In this document: positions 44,312 through 53,807 of the stretch, piece by piece | Position numbering within the stretch: the stretch's first letter is position 1 | How the letters are laid out: every line of letters starts with the position of its first letter | DNA from: a virus | Taxonomy: Duplodnaviria; Caudoviricetes | Length of the DNA: 55,460 nucleotides | Direction: 5' to 3' (one strand) | Virus record (IMG/VR): IMGVR_UViG_3300034149_000152 | Coordinates: 1-55,460 of that record | Translations under genes and position numbers: made by a program | Notes under the pieces: generated by a model | Seen by the model: the letters and a program-made list of their open reading frames with translations, nothing else | Database searches by the model: none | What the model was told of the DNA's origin: nothing

Positions 44312-45037
44312 TCACCACGCGATATCGGATTCGATGTCTAGGTGAGCCACCTTAACCCTGGTGTCCACCGCTATTTTGCCCCCGGATTTGATTACCTTTT
44401 CGTAGAACCACAGGTCTTGCGTGTAACATTTTACGCCGGTATTCGGGTCCCACGATTGCTTGGTCTCAAACCACGGCGCGGGCAGCTTCTTGAACAGTTC
44501 GATTCGGAACAAAGTGGCCCCCATGCCGGTGCCGTTGCAGCGTTGCACGGTGTTTTCCACCGGCATCTGCGGAATGAAATTGAGCGGGGTGATGTCCGGG
44601 TTGCCATAGATCATGGGTTGACCCGCCTCGCCCTTCGTGAAATACAATCCGCCCACCACATCGTAATCCTTGATGCTCTCGTAGAGCTTGAGCAGGGCGT
44701 CCGGAGGCAGGAGGTTGTCGTCCTCCACCGTGAGCATGTATTTGAACTTTGCCAGCACCGGATTGGCCAGGATCATCTCGACCGCGCTGTTGAACGCCTG
44801 GCCTACCTCCATGCCGGACAGGAACACGGGTCCGAAGCACTGCTGATTCATGGGCCGCATCAACCCCATGATCATGGAAACGAAGCGCGGGCACAGCGAC
44901 CGTCCGCCGCGAGTGGGCGTGACGATGATGGTGGACAAATCCTGGTAACTGCGTCCGGTGGCCAGCCGTTCGTTCGCCTTTTTCAGATCGGCGTTCTGGG
45001 TTCCCGGCAGATAGGGCAGGATGATTTCAGGTTTCAT
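44312..45037 (-). CDS. Glycosyltransferase, GT-A fold (GT2-like)
   Basis: IIVTPTRG; LTVEDD (DxD-like); VVGGLYF; GMGATLF; QDLWF...VDTRVKVAH. Confidence 0.8.
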   Translation of the reverse strand: MKPEIILPYLPGTQNADLKKANERLATGRSYQDLSTIIVTPTRGGRSLCPRFVSMIMGLMRPMNQQCFGPVFLSGMEVGQAFNSAVEMILANPVLAKFKYMLTVEDDNLLPPDALLKLYESIKDYDVVGGLYFTKGEAGQPMIYGNPDITPLNFIPQMPVENTVQRCNGTGMGATLFRIELFKKLPAPWFETKQSWDPNTGVKCYTQDLWFYEKVIKSGGKIAVDTRVKVAHLDIESDIAW

Positions 45038-45297
45038 TCGGATACCCGAGGTCCCAGGCTTCTTCTGGTGACACCAAAGGCTTTAGTTCTAAGAATTGGA
45101 TGACCATTCGCGCAATCAATGAAACTGTCCGGATGGAGCGGAAATCCATTTGGAACCACGACCCTAACATTGCAAACGGAACAATGTTTTATTTCACCAT
45201 AGCCAATACTGGAATCAAAAACGGAAAATTCGAGGGTTTCGTGAGCTTGAATTTCGTAACGATCCCGGGGCACGGTTGGAATTAAAAAAGCATTCAT
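45034..45297 (-). CDS. Hypothetical protein
   Basis: 87 aa, AT-richer, coupled at both ends. Confidence 0.45.
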   Translation of the reverse strand: MNAFLIPTVPRDRYEIQAHETLEFSVFDSSIGYGEIKHCSVCNVRVVVPNGFPLHPDSFIDCANGHPILRTKAFGVTRRSLGPRVSE

Positions 45298-45298
45298 T

Positions 45299-47908
45299 TC
45301 AGCACAGGGCCATGTAATAGCGGCGCAACATCGAATTGAAACTTATCTCGCTGAACGCGATGCTGGTCGGGAAGGCGCTGCTCGTCACGGAGTAAATTCC
45401 CAGCCCGGGAATGGCTTGAACGCTGGAATTGGTGAACCCGCCAAATCCGGTTCCCCATGACCCGTTGGACATCACCGAGAAACCCAGTTGATTTATGCGG
45501 ATAAGCGAGTCCGCCCGAGCCGCTCCCGCCGTGGAGGACGATACCCGCTGGGCAAACACATATTCTCCGGCGGACAGGCTGGTGGCCGCGCCCCACGGCA
45601 TGTATTTCTGGCCGGAATACGTGAGGTTTTGAAACACGGCGGAAAGCGTGCTGTGCGTGGTGGAAATGCTGCCATCGGTGGAGCCTGTGGCCCAGCCGAA
45701 CGTCAGCGAAATACTGGAACTGGACGCGCTGTAAGAGCAGGACGTGCTGGCCCGGGTGCTGAAGAACGTCACCCATTTCGTGCTGGCGCTGAAATTGGTC
45801 GCCCCGGAATCCGTCACGCTGCGCGAGTAGATCGCAAAGTCATTGGTGAAGCGATGCAGGCCGGTTGACCCCGGGTTCTGACTGCTGCCAATCACGTTGA
45901 ACGATGCCAGTTGCCGGATTTGAGTCATGGAAACAGCAACCGGAAGCTGAACCGGATCGAAATAGATCGTGTTGTTGCTGTTCGACGTGAACGTAGTTCC
46001 GCCGCTGAAAGCAAACGGCAGGTTTTCATAGAAGGAAATCGTATTACCGGCCCCCGACGCCACACTCGCGCTGGCTGTTATGGTGGAACCGTTCAACCCG
46101 AAACTCACGTTATTGGAATTGGAAAAGACGATGCTGCGGCTGACGTTGTTGGCCGCTGCTCCGGCGGAAAAGTTCAACTCAAACTTGGCCGTTATGTCCT
46201 GGTTGTTGGACATGCCGAAACTGATGCCGTTCGAGTCCACGAAACTAACTCCCGCCACCGCCTGCTGGGTGCCGGCGTTTACCTCGGAAATAGCCTGCTG
46301 AACGGTCTGATTGAACGAGGCCGTGATGGTCCCAAGATTGATTCCAAAGCTGATGCTGTTTGAATTGGCGAACACAATCTGGCTGCTGATGGTTTCCGAA
46401 TCCGCCCCGACCGAGAAGTTCAGGGCGTGACGGGCGGTGATGGTGGACCCGTTCAGGCCGAAGCTGACCAGATTGGAATTCGAGAAAACCACCGTGCCCA
46501 GGTTGTTGCTCGTCGTGCCGGCGCTGAAAGCGACCGGAGACGCCGCCGCCGCCGGGGCGGATGCCGTCATCACCGATCCCGCCAGCCCGAAGGATACGCC
46601 GCCTGCGTCCCCAAAGGTAATCGCGGAAAGATTGTTGCTCGTCGTCCCTCCGGAAATCTTGATGTTCGTCAGGCTGGTCGCCACCGAGGCGGTGATCGTG
46701 GAACCATTGATCCCGAACGATACGTTGCTCCCGTCACTGAACGAAAGGTTGGACACCAGATTGTTGGTCGTGCCGGCGCTGAACCGGATGCTGCCTTGGG
46801 TGGATGCCACGGTGGCACTGGCGAATATCGCGCTGCCCGCCGACGTGCTGAAGCTGACGTTATTCGCGTTGGAGAACGAGAGCGTCTGGAAGGTGAATCC
46901 GCCGTTGGCCGCTGTGATCTGTTGGTTGGATTGGGTGACGGTCACGCTGGCCGTCACCGTCGATCCATCCAGTCCGAACGTCACATTGTTCGAGTTGGAG
47001 AACACCACCTGCCCAAGGGCAACGCTCGTCGTGCCGGCGGAAATCGAACCTGGCGCCCCACCGGCGGCAACACTCGCGGTAATAATTCCACCGGCGCTGC
47101 TGCCAAAAGTGATTCCATTGGCGTTGCTGAAGTTGAGCGTTGAAAACAGGAAGGAACCGTTGCTGGCCGAAGCCGCCACCGGCTGAACGGATTGAGTCGG
47201 CACTGTGTAGGACGCCTCGACCGAACCTAGGCTGTTGGAAAATGTGATTCCGTTGGCGTTGCGAAAACTCAATGTCTGGAACGTGCTGGAACCTCCGGAC
47301 GCGGAGAATGCCACGTTGGTCTGCGTGGGCACCGTGTAAATGGCCGTCACTCGGGACAGCGCGGCGTCCAGGCCGAAGCTTATGCCATTGGAATTTGAGA
47401 ACGTCAGCGCGCTGAGATTCTGGCTGGTGGTTCCGGCGGAGAAATTGATGTTGGTCAGCCCGCCGCCCGCCGGCGCCACCGAAGCCGTAACCGTCTGGCC
47501 CGCGACTCCGAACGATACACCGTTCGCATTTGAAAATACCACTTGTGACGCGGTGGCCACGGCGGCTCCGGCTGAGATGCCCTGGATCATGGCATTCTCC
47601 ATCGTCGTGAACACCAAGTTGGTGCTGGTATTGGCGATCTGATAGCCGGTGGCTATCGCGATGGCTGCCGTCCCTTCCTGTCCCCGGACAATCGTGAACA
47701 CGTCGCCAACAACGCCAGTGACCCGGATGATTTCGGCATTGGCTGCGGTCGGGGAAACTGCGGACGGCCAGACGGTGCAGTTGAATGGGGTTGCCGGAAA
47801 TAATGCGCCTTCCCCGGCGGCAACCGTAAGGCTCAAACCCGTCAGCGCGGGAGCGGGAGCGGTGGCGACAGTGCTGGCGCCAAAATTTGCGTGCTGGTCA
47901 AATGCCAC
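45299..47908 (-). CDS. Tail fibre / adhesin, Ser/Thr/Asn-rich repeat protein
   Basis: Phage fibre N-terminus (EIIRVT...FTIVRGQEGT), then about 12 repeats of SAG....L.FSNSN.VSFG..GSTITAS. Confidence 0.75.
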   Translation of the reverse strand: MAFDQHANFGASTVATAPAPALTGLSLTVAAGEGALFPATPFNCTVWPSAVSPTAANAEIIRVTGVVGDVFTIVRGQEGTAAIAIATGYQIANTSTNLVFTTMENAMIQGISAGAAVATASQVVFSNANGVSFGVAGQTVTASVAPAGGGLTNINFSAGTTSQNLSALTFSNSNGISFGLDAALSRVTAIYTVPTQTNVAFSASGGSSTFQTLSFRNANGITFSNSLGSVEASYTVPTQSVQPVAASASNGSFLFSTLNFSNANGITFGSSAGGIITASVAAGGAPGSISAGTTSVALGQVVFSNSNNVTFGLDGSTVTASVTVTQSNQQITAANGGFTFQTLSFSNANNVSFSTSAGSAIFASATVASTQGSIRFSAGTTNNLVSNLSFSDGSNVSFGINGSTITASVATSLTNIKISGGTTSNNLSAITFGDAGGVSFGLAGSVMTASAPAAAASPVAFSAGTTSNNLGTVVFSNSNLVSFGLNGSTITARHALNFSVGADSETISSQIVFANSNSISFGINLGTITASFNQTVQQAISEVNAGTQQAVAGVSFVDSNGISFGMSNNQDITAKFELNFSAGAAANNVSRSIVFSNSNNVSFGLNGSTITASASVASGAGNTISFYENLPFAFSGGTTFTSNSNNTIYFDPVQLPVAVSMTQIRQLASFNVIGSSQNPGSTGLHRFTNDFAIYSRSVTDSGATNFSASTKWVTFFSTRASTSCSYSASSSSISLTFGWATGSTDGSISTTHSTLSAVFQNLTYSGQKYMPWGAATSLSAGEYVFAQRVSSSTAGAARADSLIRINQLGFSVMSNGSWGTGFGGFTNSSVQAIPGLGIYSVTSSAFPTSIAFSEISFNSMLRRYYMALC

Positions 47909-47952
47909 GGCTCTACGTTTAATCTGTGGGCCTTGATTCTACAACTGAAATG

Positions 47953-48348
47953 TTACACCGCCGCCTTGGGAGGCATTGGAATCTTTTGATCCGTTGGCCT
48001 CCATAAATGGAGCACGCAAGGGTGGCAATTTATGTAGTCGGATTCCGGAGGATGAAGCTGCATCACAGGTTCGTCATCCTCCCAGAAAAGCTTCTTCACC
48101 GCGCACATCTCGTCCCAGGTGGGAATGCGCTCCTTGATCTTTCCGTGATACTTCAACACTCCAATTCTAACACTAACGTGCTCCCAGGGCATTGCTTCAG
48201 GATCGCCTTCGCTGGCAATTATGATAGCCACACACCCTACAGCCAATGGAACCACGAACAAGCCGGTCATGCCCAGGTTGTCGTCGCTCTTGTAAAGCGG
48301 ATGAGAACGGTTTCGGAATCGGTTGATGTGGGTGGAATCGGTTCTCAC
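47953..48348 (-). CDS. Conserved phage hypothetical protein
   Basis: WEHVSV...PTWDEMC.VK.LFW...VMQLHP..SDYINCHP.VLHLWRP. Confidence 0.8.
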   Translation of the reverse strand: MRTDSTHINRFRNRSHPLYKSDDNLGMTGLFVVPLAVGCVAIIIASEGDPEAMPWEHVSVRIGVLKYHGKIKERIPTWDEMCAVKKLFWEDDEPVMQLHPPESDYINCHPCVLHLWRPTDQKIPMPPKAAV

Positions 48349-48545
48349 AACCTGGCGATCTTGTTTCTAAAAGCCCACAGCGCGGCTTGGACATGGTTGG
48401 TGGCGCCGGTCTTTTTCTTAATCAACGCCCAGTGATATTCAACCGACTTGACGCCATTGCCCATGATCGGGGCGATCTGCTTGATCTCATAGCCCTGTGC
48501 AATCAGCTTGAGAACCTTGATCTGGTCGGGAGTCAAATCAATCAT
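48345..48545 (-). CDS. LuxR/GerE-type HTH regulator
   Basis: LTPDQIKVLKLIAQG...KQIA..M..GVKSVEYH...I.KK.G. Confidence 0.85.
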   Translation of the reverse strand: MIDLTPDQIKVLKLIAQGYEIKQIAPIMGNGVKSVEYHWALIKKKTGATNHVQAALWAFRNKIARL

Positions 48546-49810
48546 GGCATGGGAGGGATGACTTCTATTTCAGGAAGCGGAAATATGAAACCCGGACTGC
48601 GTCCCGTCAGGGCGTGGGCCTCCCGCTCGCGTTGGATGAATTCACTCCTGAAATGCCAGGGGAGCACCAGATAGTAATCCGGATTCCGGGCGCGCGATTC
48701 CTCCTCGCTCACGATCTGGATGCAGGTGCCCAATGTCATGGCCTGGTTCTTGGCCGGGTTACGATCCGCCGCGCAATCAATCAAGCGGCTGTCTATGCCA
48801 CACCATTGCAACAGCGTATTACCCTTTGTGGAGGCGCCGTAGATGTGGATGGTCTTGCCGTCCTGCTTCAACTTCCTCAGAATAGCCACAAGCTTGTCCC
48901 TATGATTGCAAATTCGGCTCTGGAACGATGCGTAAGGCTTGTCGGTGTCCAACTCCAGGTCAAACTCGAATTGCCGCATGAACTTCAATTCCTCCTGCCA
49001 TCCATGGTTGGACCTGGAAGCTCCTTCATGCTGCACATAACACTGAATGCTGCCGCCATTGCTACCGTTCAACAACGCCCGGAAAATTGACAATCCAGCC
49101 TTTCGCATGACGCGGTCCAAAACTGACAGACTGTAAAAAAGCAGGTGTTCGTGGCAGATCGTATCGTAGGAGTTGTTAGCCAGCATCGTCGGCATGTAGG
49201 CCATTTCCACGATCCAGATACCATCGTCGGACAGCAACTCTCTGATAGACCTGGCAAAATTCACCGGGTCCTCCAGATCGTAGAACATGGCAATGGATGT
49301 GATGACATCGAATTGTCCGTCGATCTTGTCGCTGGGGAAAAAATCCTTCACCACTCTTATACCGGATTCGGGCACTGTGTCCGATACGTTTGAGGGATCA
49401 ATTCCAATCCGGTCCCAGTCCTCTGGAAAGAAATTTAGCAACGTGAGGTCGTTGCAGCCAATATCCAAAACCCTGCGAGGATTGACGTGTGAATCCGGGA
49501 AGAACGAATTGGCCGAACCAGCAATGTCCTTTAGATGATCGCGCATCGTCTGATTCGTTCCCGATACATACCAATAATTGGAATACAGAATCTCCGGAGG
49601 AACACTGTGCTTCATCTGGAGCAGGCCGCAGGCGTTCTCATCCCGCGTGGGATCGCAGCGGACCAGTTCACAGGGAATCCGGCGGTTGGGCGGCATATTC
49701 ATGCCCAGCTTCACGAATGAACCTTGCAGGTGTTGCAGTCCAAGATTGATGACCGGCGTAAGAGCGGTGGAGCCGCACACGCGGCAGGATTGAATGTGTT
49801 TCAGGTGCAT
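48542..49810 (-). CDS. NDP-hexose C-methyltransferase
   Basis: CRVCG...LG.Q; VLDIGCND; FYDLEDP; YDTICHEH; YGASTKGNTLLQ; YLVLPWHF; FIFPLP. Confidence 0.88.
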   Translation of the reverse strand: MHLKHIQSCRVCGSTALTPVINLGLQHLQGSFVKLGMNMPPNRRIPCELVRCDPTRDENACGLLQMKHSVPPEILYSNYWYVSGTNQTMRDHLKDIAGSANSFFPDSHVNPRRVLDIGCNDLTLLNFFPEDWDRIGIDPSNVSDTVPESGIRVVKDFFPSDKIDGQFDVITSIAMFYDLEDPVNFARSIRELLSDDGIWIVEMAYMPTMLANNSYDTICHEHLLFYSLSVLDRVMRKAGLSIFRALLNGSNGGSIQCYVQHEGASRSNHGWQEELKFMRQFEFDLELDTDKPYASFQSRICNHRDKLVAILRKLKQDGKTIHIYGASTKGNTLLQWCGIDSRLIDCAADRNPAKNQAMTLGTCIQIVSEEESRARNPDYYLVLPWHFRSEFIQREREAHALTGRSPGFIFPLPEIEVIPPMP

Positions 49811-49999
49811 TGTCGTTTTCGGGGTTGCCGGACTCCGCATCTCATGCAAGCCCCCATATACCAGCGATGCTGCTTGAGGCCGTCAACGCAGGCCCCGGAC
49901 TTTCGAGGCCCGCGTTTCGTGGAGGCTGGGATCAATACTTCATCCCTTTTCCTTTTTTCTTTTTTGGCATCTGCGCTCACCTTCTTTCGGTGATGGCTG

Positions 50000-50299
50000 C
50001 TATTTCGGAAGCACCATCAAAATCTGGTCATTGGTGACGATCATGTCGCCGTGCGGCAACGTCACGACATCCGGCCCCTTGTCGTAGGCGTGGCATATCA
50101 CCCGGTCGCCGTATTCACATTCCGGCGGCACTAGAACGCCTTTCCTGGTGCGCCTGCCCGGACCCACGACCATGACATAATACTCCTTGGGACCGTTGAC
50201 GTGCGAATCGTGCAGCGATTCTGGAAGCTCGATCAGGCCCGACTTGGTTCTGGGAATCGGACGCACGATCAGGCGGTCGCCCAGAAGCCGTATGTTCAT
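50000..50299 (-). CDS. groES: Co-chaperonin GroES (Cpn10)
   Basis: IRLLGDRLIV...TKSGLIELP...VMVVGPG...G..VP...GDRVI...QIL.V. Confidence 0.85.
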   Translation of the reverse strand: MNIRLLGDRLIVRPIPRTKSGLIELPESLHDSHVNGPKEYYVMVVGPGRRTRKGVLVPPECEYGDRVICHAYDKGPDVVTLPHGDMIVTNDQILMVLPK

Positions 50300-50526
50300 T
50301 TCAAAGCCTTCTCATAAGCCTTGATCAGGCTGGGCCGCCACGCGCGTTTGCCATGCTCCAGATCGGAAAGGTAGGGCTTGGAAAGTCCCATTCGGTCGGC
50401 AATGGAAGTCTGGGTAATGCCTTTTACTACGCGATGGTTCCGGAGCACACTGCCCACCGCCTTGTGGTCCAATTCCTTTCCGGAGCCTTCGCAGCAGTGG
50501 CAGTCTTGATGTTTCAGATCGGCCAT
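50296..50526 (-). CDS. XRE-family HTH regulator with N-terminal CxxC
   Basis: LRNHR...GITQ..IADRMGLSKPYLSDLEHGKR. Confidence 0.85.
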   Translation of the reverse strand: MADLKHQDCHCCEGSGKELDHKAVGSVLRNHRVVKGITQTSIADRMGLSKPYLSDLEHGKRAWRPSLIKAYEKALK

Positions 50527-50529
50527 GGG

Positions 50530-50700
50530 TCAAGGTTTTGCCCAGTGGGTGCTAGAAATACTATCGTTTACCTCAGTCAGTCCGGCTTTTATGGCGGCTT
50601 GATTTGTCTGCTGATGTAAGTAACAGGCCCCAAGTGAAACTATCACAATGAGAATTCCAACCACCGCTATAAACGACAACCAAAAACTATTGTCATCCAT
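50530..50700 (-). CDS. Small membrane protein
   Basis: Single transmembrane segment. Start placed at MDDNSFW, downstream of the promoter. Confidence 0.55.
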   Translation of the reverse strand: MDDNSFWLSFIAVVGILIVIVSLGACYLHQQTNQAAIKAGLTEVNDSISSTHWAKP

Positions 50701-50723
50701 TTCAATTTTCACAGGAGGCACAT

Positions 50724-50790
50724 TTAGCATGGTAAGCTAATTAAGCGCAAGAAAAAATTGCAAAAAGTTTAAGCCGTGGTAAAACGGTGA
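50724..50790. promoter_or_regulatory. Divergent promoter region with operator TTAGC-N7-GCTAA (50724-50740)
   Basis: Minus strand TTGCGC...TGcTAAAT. Plus strand TTGCAA-N16-TAAAAC-N5-ATG(50791). Confidence 0.5.
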
Positions 50791-51516
50791 ATGGCATACA
50801 GACTAAAGAACCGAAATATGCAGGTGCCCAATGGGTATAAGTTCCTCCAGCCGGAAACAGGCTGGATGGCTCCTCGCATGGTCAGCTTCAGCAGCATTGT
50901 CCGGTCGTTGATAGCCCACCGCCGTGGGCGTCCTGATCTGATAACCAAGCACGGTTGGAGCACGGATGAAAACGAGGTGTCGTCAGAGGTCGAGGCATTC
51001 AACGTCCGTATCTGCCTGCAACATGGCTGGACAAACTATTTGGATGGCGCCGACATGGGAGGCGGCTTGCCCCCAAAATCGAGCCACCCGTCGCAACAGG
51101 AGCTACAGCAGGTAAGTGTTGCGGCGGGTAGGGCCAAGAAAATATGGGCCGGAGTCAGGACCTTGAATGACTGGATTGATTCCAATGATCCTCCCGTGGC
51201 TCCCGATCTGGCCCATTCCCGGGCCTCAGTGTGTGTCGCCTGCCCCAAAAACACGAAGGGGGACTTTACCACCTGGTTCACCAAGCCGGCGGCGGGCGCC
51301 ATCCAGCAGCAGATCGAACGGCTTCAGGACCGAAAATTATCCACCCCTCTGGACGATCAGATCAACGTTTGTGAAATCTGCCTGTGTCCGTTGAAGCTGA
51401 AGGTTCACACGCCATTGGCGTATATCAAATCCCATCTCACGGACTCCATATTCAACGAATTAAGGGGTGCCCCAGGATGTTGGATCGTGTCTGAAATTCA
51501 AAATTCAACCACTTAG
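50791..51516 (+). CDS. Cys-rich hypothetical protein
   Basis: R..VCVACP.N...CEICLCPLKLKVH...CWI. Confidence 0.75.
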   Translation: MAYRLKNRNMQVPNGYKFLQPETGWMAPRMVSFSSIVRSLIAHRRGRPDLITKHGWSTDENEVSSEVEAFNVRICLQHGWTNYLDGADMGGGLPPKSSHPSQQELQQVSVAAGRAKKIWAGVRTLNDWIDSNDPPVAPDLAHSRASVCVACPKNTKGDFTTWFTKPAAGAIQQQIERLQDRKLSTPLDDQINVCEICLCPLKLKVHTPLAYIKSHLTDSIFNELRGAPGCWIVSEIQNSTT

Positions 51517-51564
51517 GTTAAGTGACTTAGCGAAAATTTGTCAACCATGGTTGGCAAATTCAAC

Positions 51565-52206
51565 ATGAAAGTAGTCCTCACCTATGTCTATCCCGATCTG
51601 GACGCCAGGACCTATGTGCCGCTGGCACGACGATTCGTCGAGAGCTACATGGAACATCCTCCGGGATCCTTGGATCATGAAATCCATGTGCTGGTGAACT
51701 ACGGCCTTCCGAACAATCCAGCCTACCCAAAACTGTTCCGGCCATTGACCTGTTCCTTCATGCTGCACGACAACCAGGGAAAGGACATTGGGGCCTTCCA
51801 GAAAGCGGCGGAGGAAATACCCTGCGATCTGATGGTCTTTCTGGGCGCTCCGATTCACTTCTACCGGGCTGGCTGGCTGGACCGGATTGTGAATGTCTAT
51901 GAGCAGAATGGTCCCGGTCTGTATGGATGCCGGGGCTACACCACGCCCATGCACCACTTGCGGACCACCAGTTTCTGGTGTGCCCCTGAACTCCTGAATT
52001 CCTATCCTTACACGGTCCACAATGACAGCCGCTACGAATTCGAGCATGGCGCTCGAAGCATAACCCAGCATGTCCGTTCGATTGGACTGGAATGCTTCAT
52101 GGTGACTTGGAATGGGTGTTATCCGTATGATTCGTGGGGCCGGACACCCAACGGTTCAAACTTGATGCTAGATCAGTGGTCCGACATGAACGGAGAAAAA
52201 GAGTGA
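51565..52206 (+). CDS. Glycosyltransferase-like protein (GT-A / RgpF-like)
   Basis: N.GKDIGAF...MVFL; HLRTTSF; RYEFEHG. Confidence 0.55.
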   Translation: MKVVLTYVYPDLDARTYVPLARRFVESYMEHPPGSLDHEIHVLVNYGLPNNPAYPKLFRPLTCSFMLHDNQGKDIGAFQKAAEEIPCDLMVFLGAPIHFYRAGWLDRIVNVYEQNGPGLYGCRGYTTPMHHLRTTSFWCAPELLNSYPYTVHNDSRYEFEHGARSITQHVRSIGLECFMVTWNGCYPYDSWGRTPNGSNLMLDQWSDMNGEKE

Positions 52207-52853
52207 AACAAATAGCAGTTTATTATCACACCCGGCTTTCCGGTGGCGATCCGCACATTGATCCCGACCATGCCATGGGGATCATGGCGGAGCAGATGGC
52301 TGAATTGAGGCGAAGCGGACTGGAGGAGGCTGCCAGCCGGATTGTTGTGGGCGTAAACGGCGGCGACTGCGATTTTGCGGCGGCAGCGATGATGGCCCCG
52401 GGTAAGGCGGAACTGGTTCAGCATCCGGATCATTTCCGGGGGGAACTTCCTACCATGTTCCTGATGCAGAAGTGGGCCAAGGAAAATCCGGACTGGTATG
52501 TAATGTATCACCACACGAAAGGCGCCATTCACAAAAACGAACCACTCTACGATGTCTGGCGGCACCGGATGCAGGATGCCGTGGTGACAAACTGGCGGAG
52601 GGCAATAAAGGACATGGATGCGGGCATTGAATCGGTTGGTGCCCACTGGCTGACTCCGGAGGGATGGCCGGCGCTCGTTACCGCCCCGTTCTGGGGCGGT
52701 AATTTCTGGTGGGCCAAGGCTTCATTCCTGAACACCCTCCCGCAACTCAGGCAGACCGCCATGAGCCGGGCTGAATTCTACGATGCTGAATCCTGGATTG
52801 GATGGGGTCCAAGACGCCCAATCGTGAAGGATTACTGCCCAGGATGGCCATGA
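52203..52853 (+). CDS. Glycan-modifying enzyme-like protein (Y.HTKG motif)
   Basis: GE.PT...; VMYHHTKG; WR..M; GGNFWWA..SF..TLP; R...AESWIG. GTGA-coupled. Confidence 0.55.
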   Translation: MKQIAVYYHTRLSGGDPHIDPDHAMGIMAEQMAELRRSGLEEAASRIVVGVNGGDCDFAAAAMMAPGKAELVQHPDHFRGELPTMFLMQKWAKENPDWYVMYHHTKGAIHKNEPLYDVWRHRMQDAVVTNWRRAIKDMDAGIESVGAHWLTPEGWPALVTAPFWGGNFWWAKASFLNTLPQLRQTAMSRAEFYDAESWIGWGPRRPIVKDYCPGWP

Positions 52854-53077
52854 ACATAGAAACAAAATCCACCGCGGCCTTGATTGACGAATTGATCACC
52901 ACTTCAATGAAGTGCTGGCACGCTCAGGATAGGATAATGGATGTTGAGCTTTCCCAGGAGCAGAGGCTGGCAGCGGCAGAAATGGCTCAGAAAACAAACG
53001 CCAGAAGATGTGAACTAATGGTGGCCATTGATGGAAGGATGGGAGAAAGATCAGTTCTAGCCAAGACGTATGCCTAA
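52850..53077 (+). CDS. Small helical hypothetical protein
   Basis: LIDEL.T..MKCWH.QD...N.RR.EL..AID. ATGA-coupled. Confidence 0.65.
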   Translation: MNIETKSTAALIDELITTSMKCWHAQDRIMDVELSQEQRLAAAEMAQKTNARRCELMVAIDGRMGERSVLAKTYA

Positions 53078-53807
53078 GAAAATCGCCGTCACCCACCCCG
53101 GAAAAATAGGGGATGCGCTGTGGTCGTTGCCCACCATCAGGAAGCTGTGCGAACAGCACGAAGCGGTTGCAGACTTCTATACCAGCAGCCTGTGCCGGCC
53201 CATGAAGGACCTGGTGGAAGTCCAGCCTTATATCTATCAGATGGTGGAGTGCGCGCCTTACAACATACTCTCCATTGGTTGCGGTGTTCAGCCCTGGGAA
53301 ATGCCGATTTCGGAGTTGGGTTACGTGAAATGCTACCAACTTGGATTCAGGGGAGTTCCCGACTGCTGCATTGGGGAATGGATCGCCTATCATGCCGGAC
53401 TTCCCATGGAGAACGGATCAAAGGTAATGTATGAAAACATCCCCGCGTTCGGATTCGACGGGGAGTATGTGGTGCTGGCCACTCGCGGGGCTGAATTTGC
53501 AACCCTGTTCCAGGAACTGGCGCAACGCTGTTCTATGCCGTGCCTGGAAATTGGAATTCCGGGACAGGCGGTGGGAGCGGGCCGTAACTTCACCACAAAA
53601 TCCATATTGCAGATGGCGTCCATCATTTCCGGCGCCAGGGCGTTCGTGGGGCTGATGAGCGCACCGCTTGTCATAGCCAATGGGTATCCGATGCCTAAGA
53701 TAGTCCCATGCCACGGAGGCAGCGGAGATATGCGTCATCTGATGATTACGCCGCAACATCATTACCTTCAACATCCCAGTTCAGACCAAATTCTTGCCCT
53801 GATATGA
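53070..53807 (+). CDS. GT9 (heptosyltransferase)-like glycosyltransferase
   Basis: GKIGDAL..LP.IR.L; A.IISGA.AFVG..SAP..IA. Confidence 0.7.
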   Translation: MPKKIAVTHPGKIGDALWSLPTIRKLCEQHEAVADFYTSSLCRPMKDLVEVQPYIYQMVECAPYNILSIGCGVQPWEMPISELGYVKCYQLGFRGVPDCCIGEWIAYHAGLPMENGSKVMYENIPAFGFDGEYVVLATRGAEFATLFQELAQRCSMPCLEIGIPGQAVGAGRNFTTKSILQMASIISGARAFVGLMSAPLVIANGYPMPKIVPCHGGSGDMRHLMITPQHHYLQHPSSDQILALI

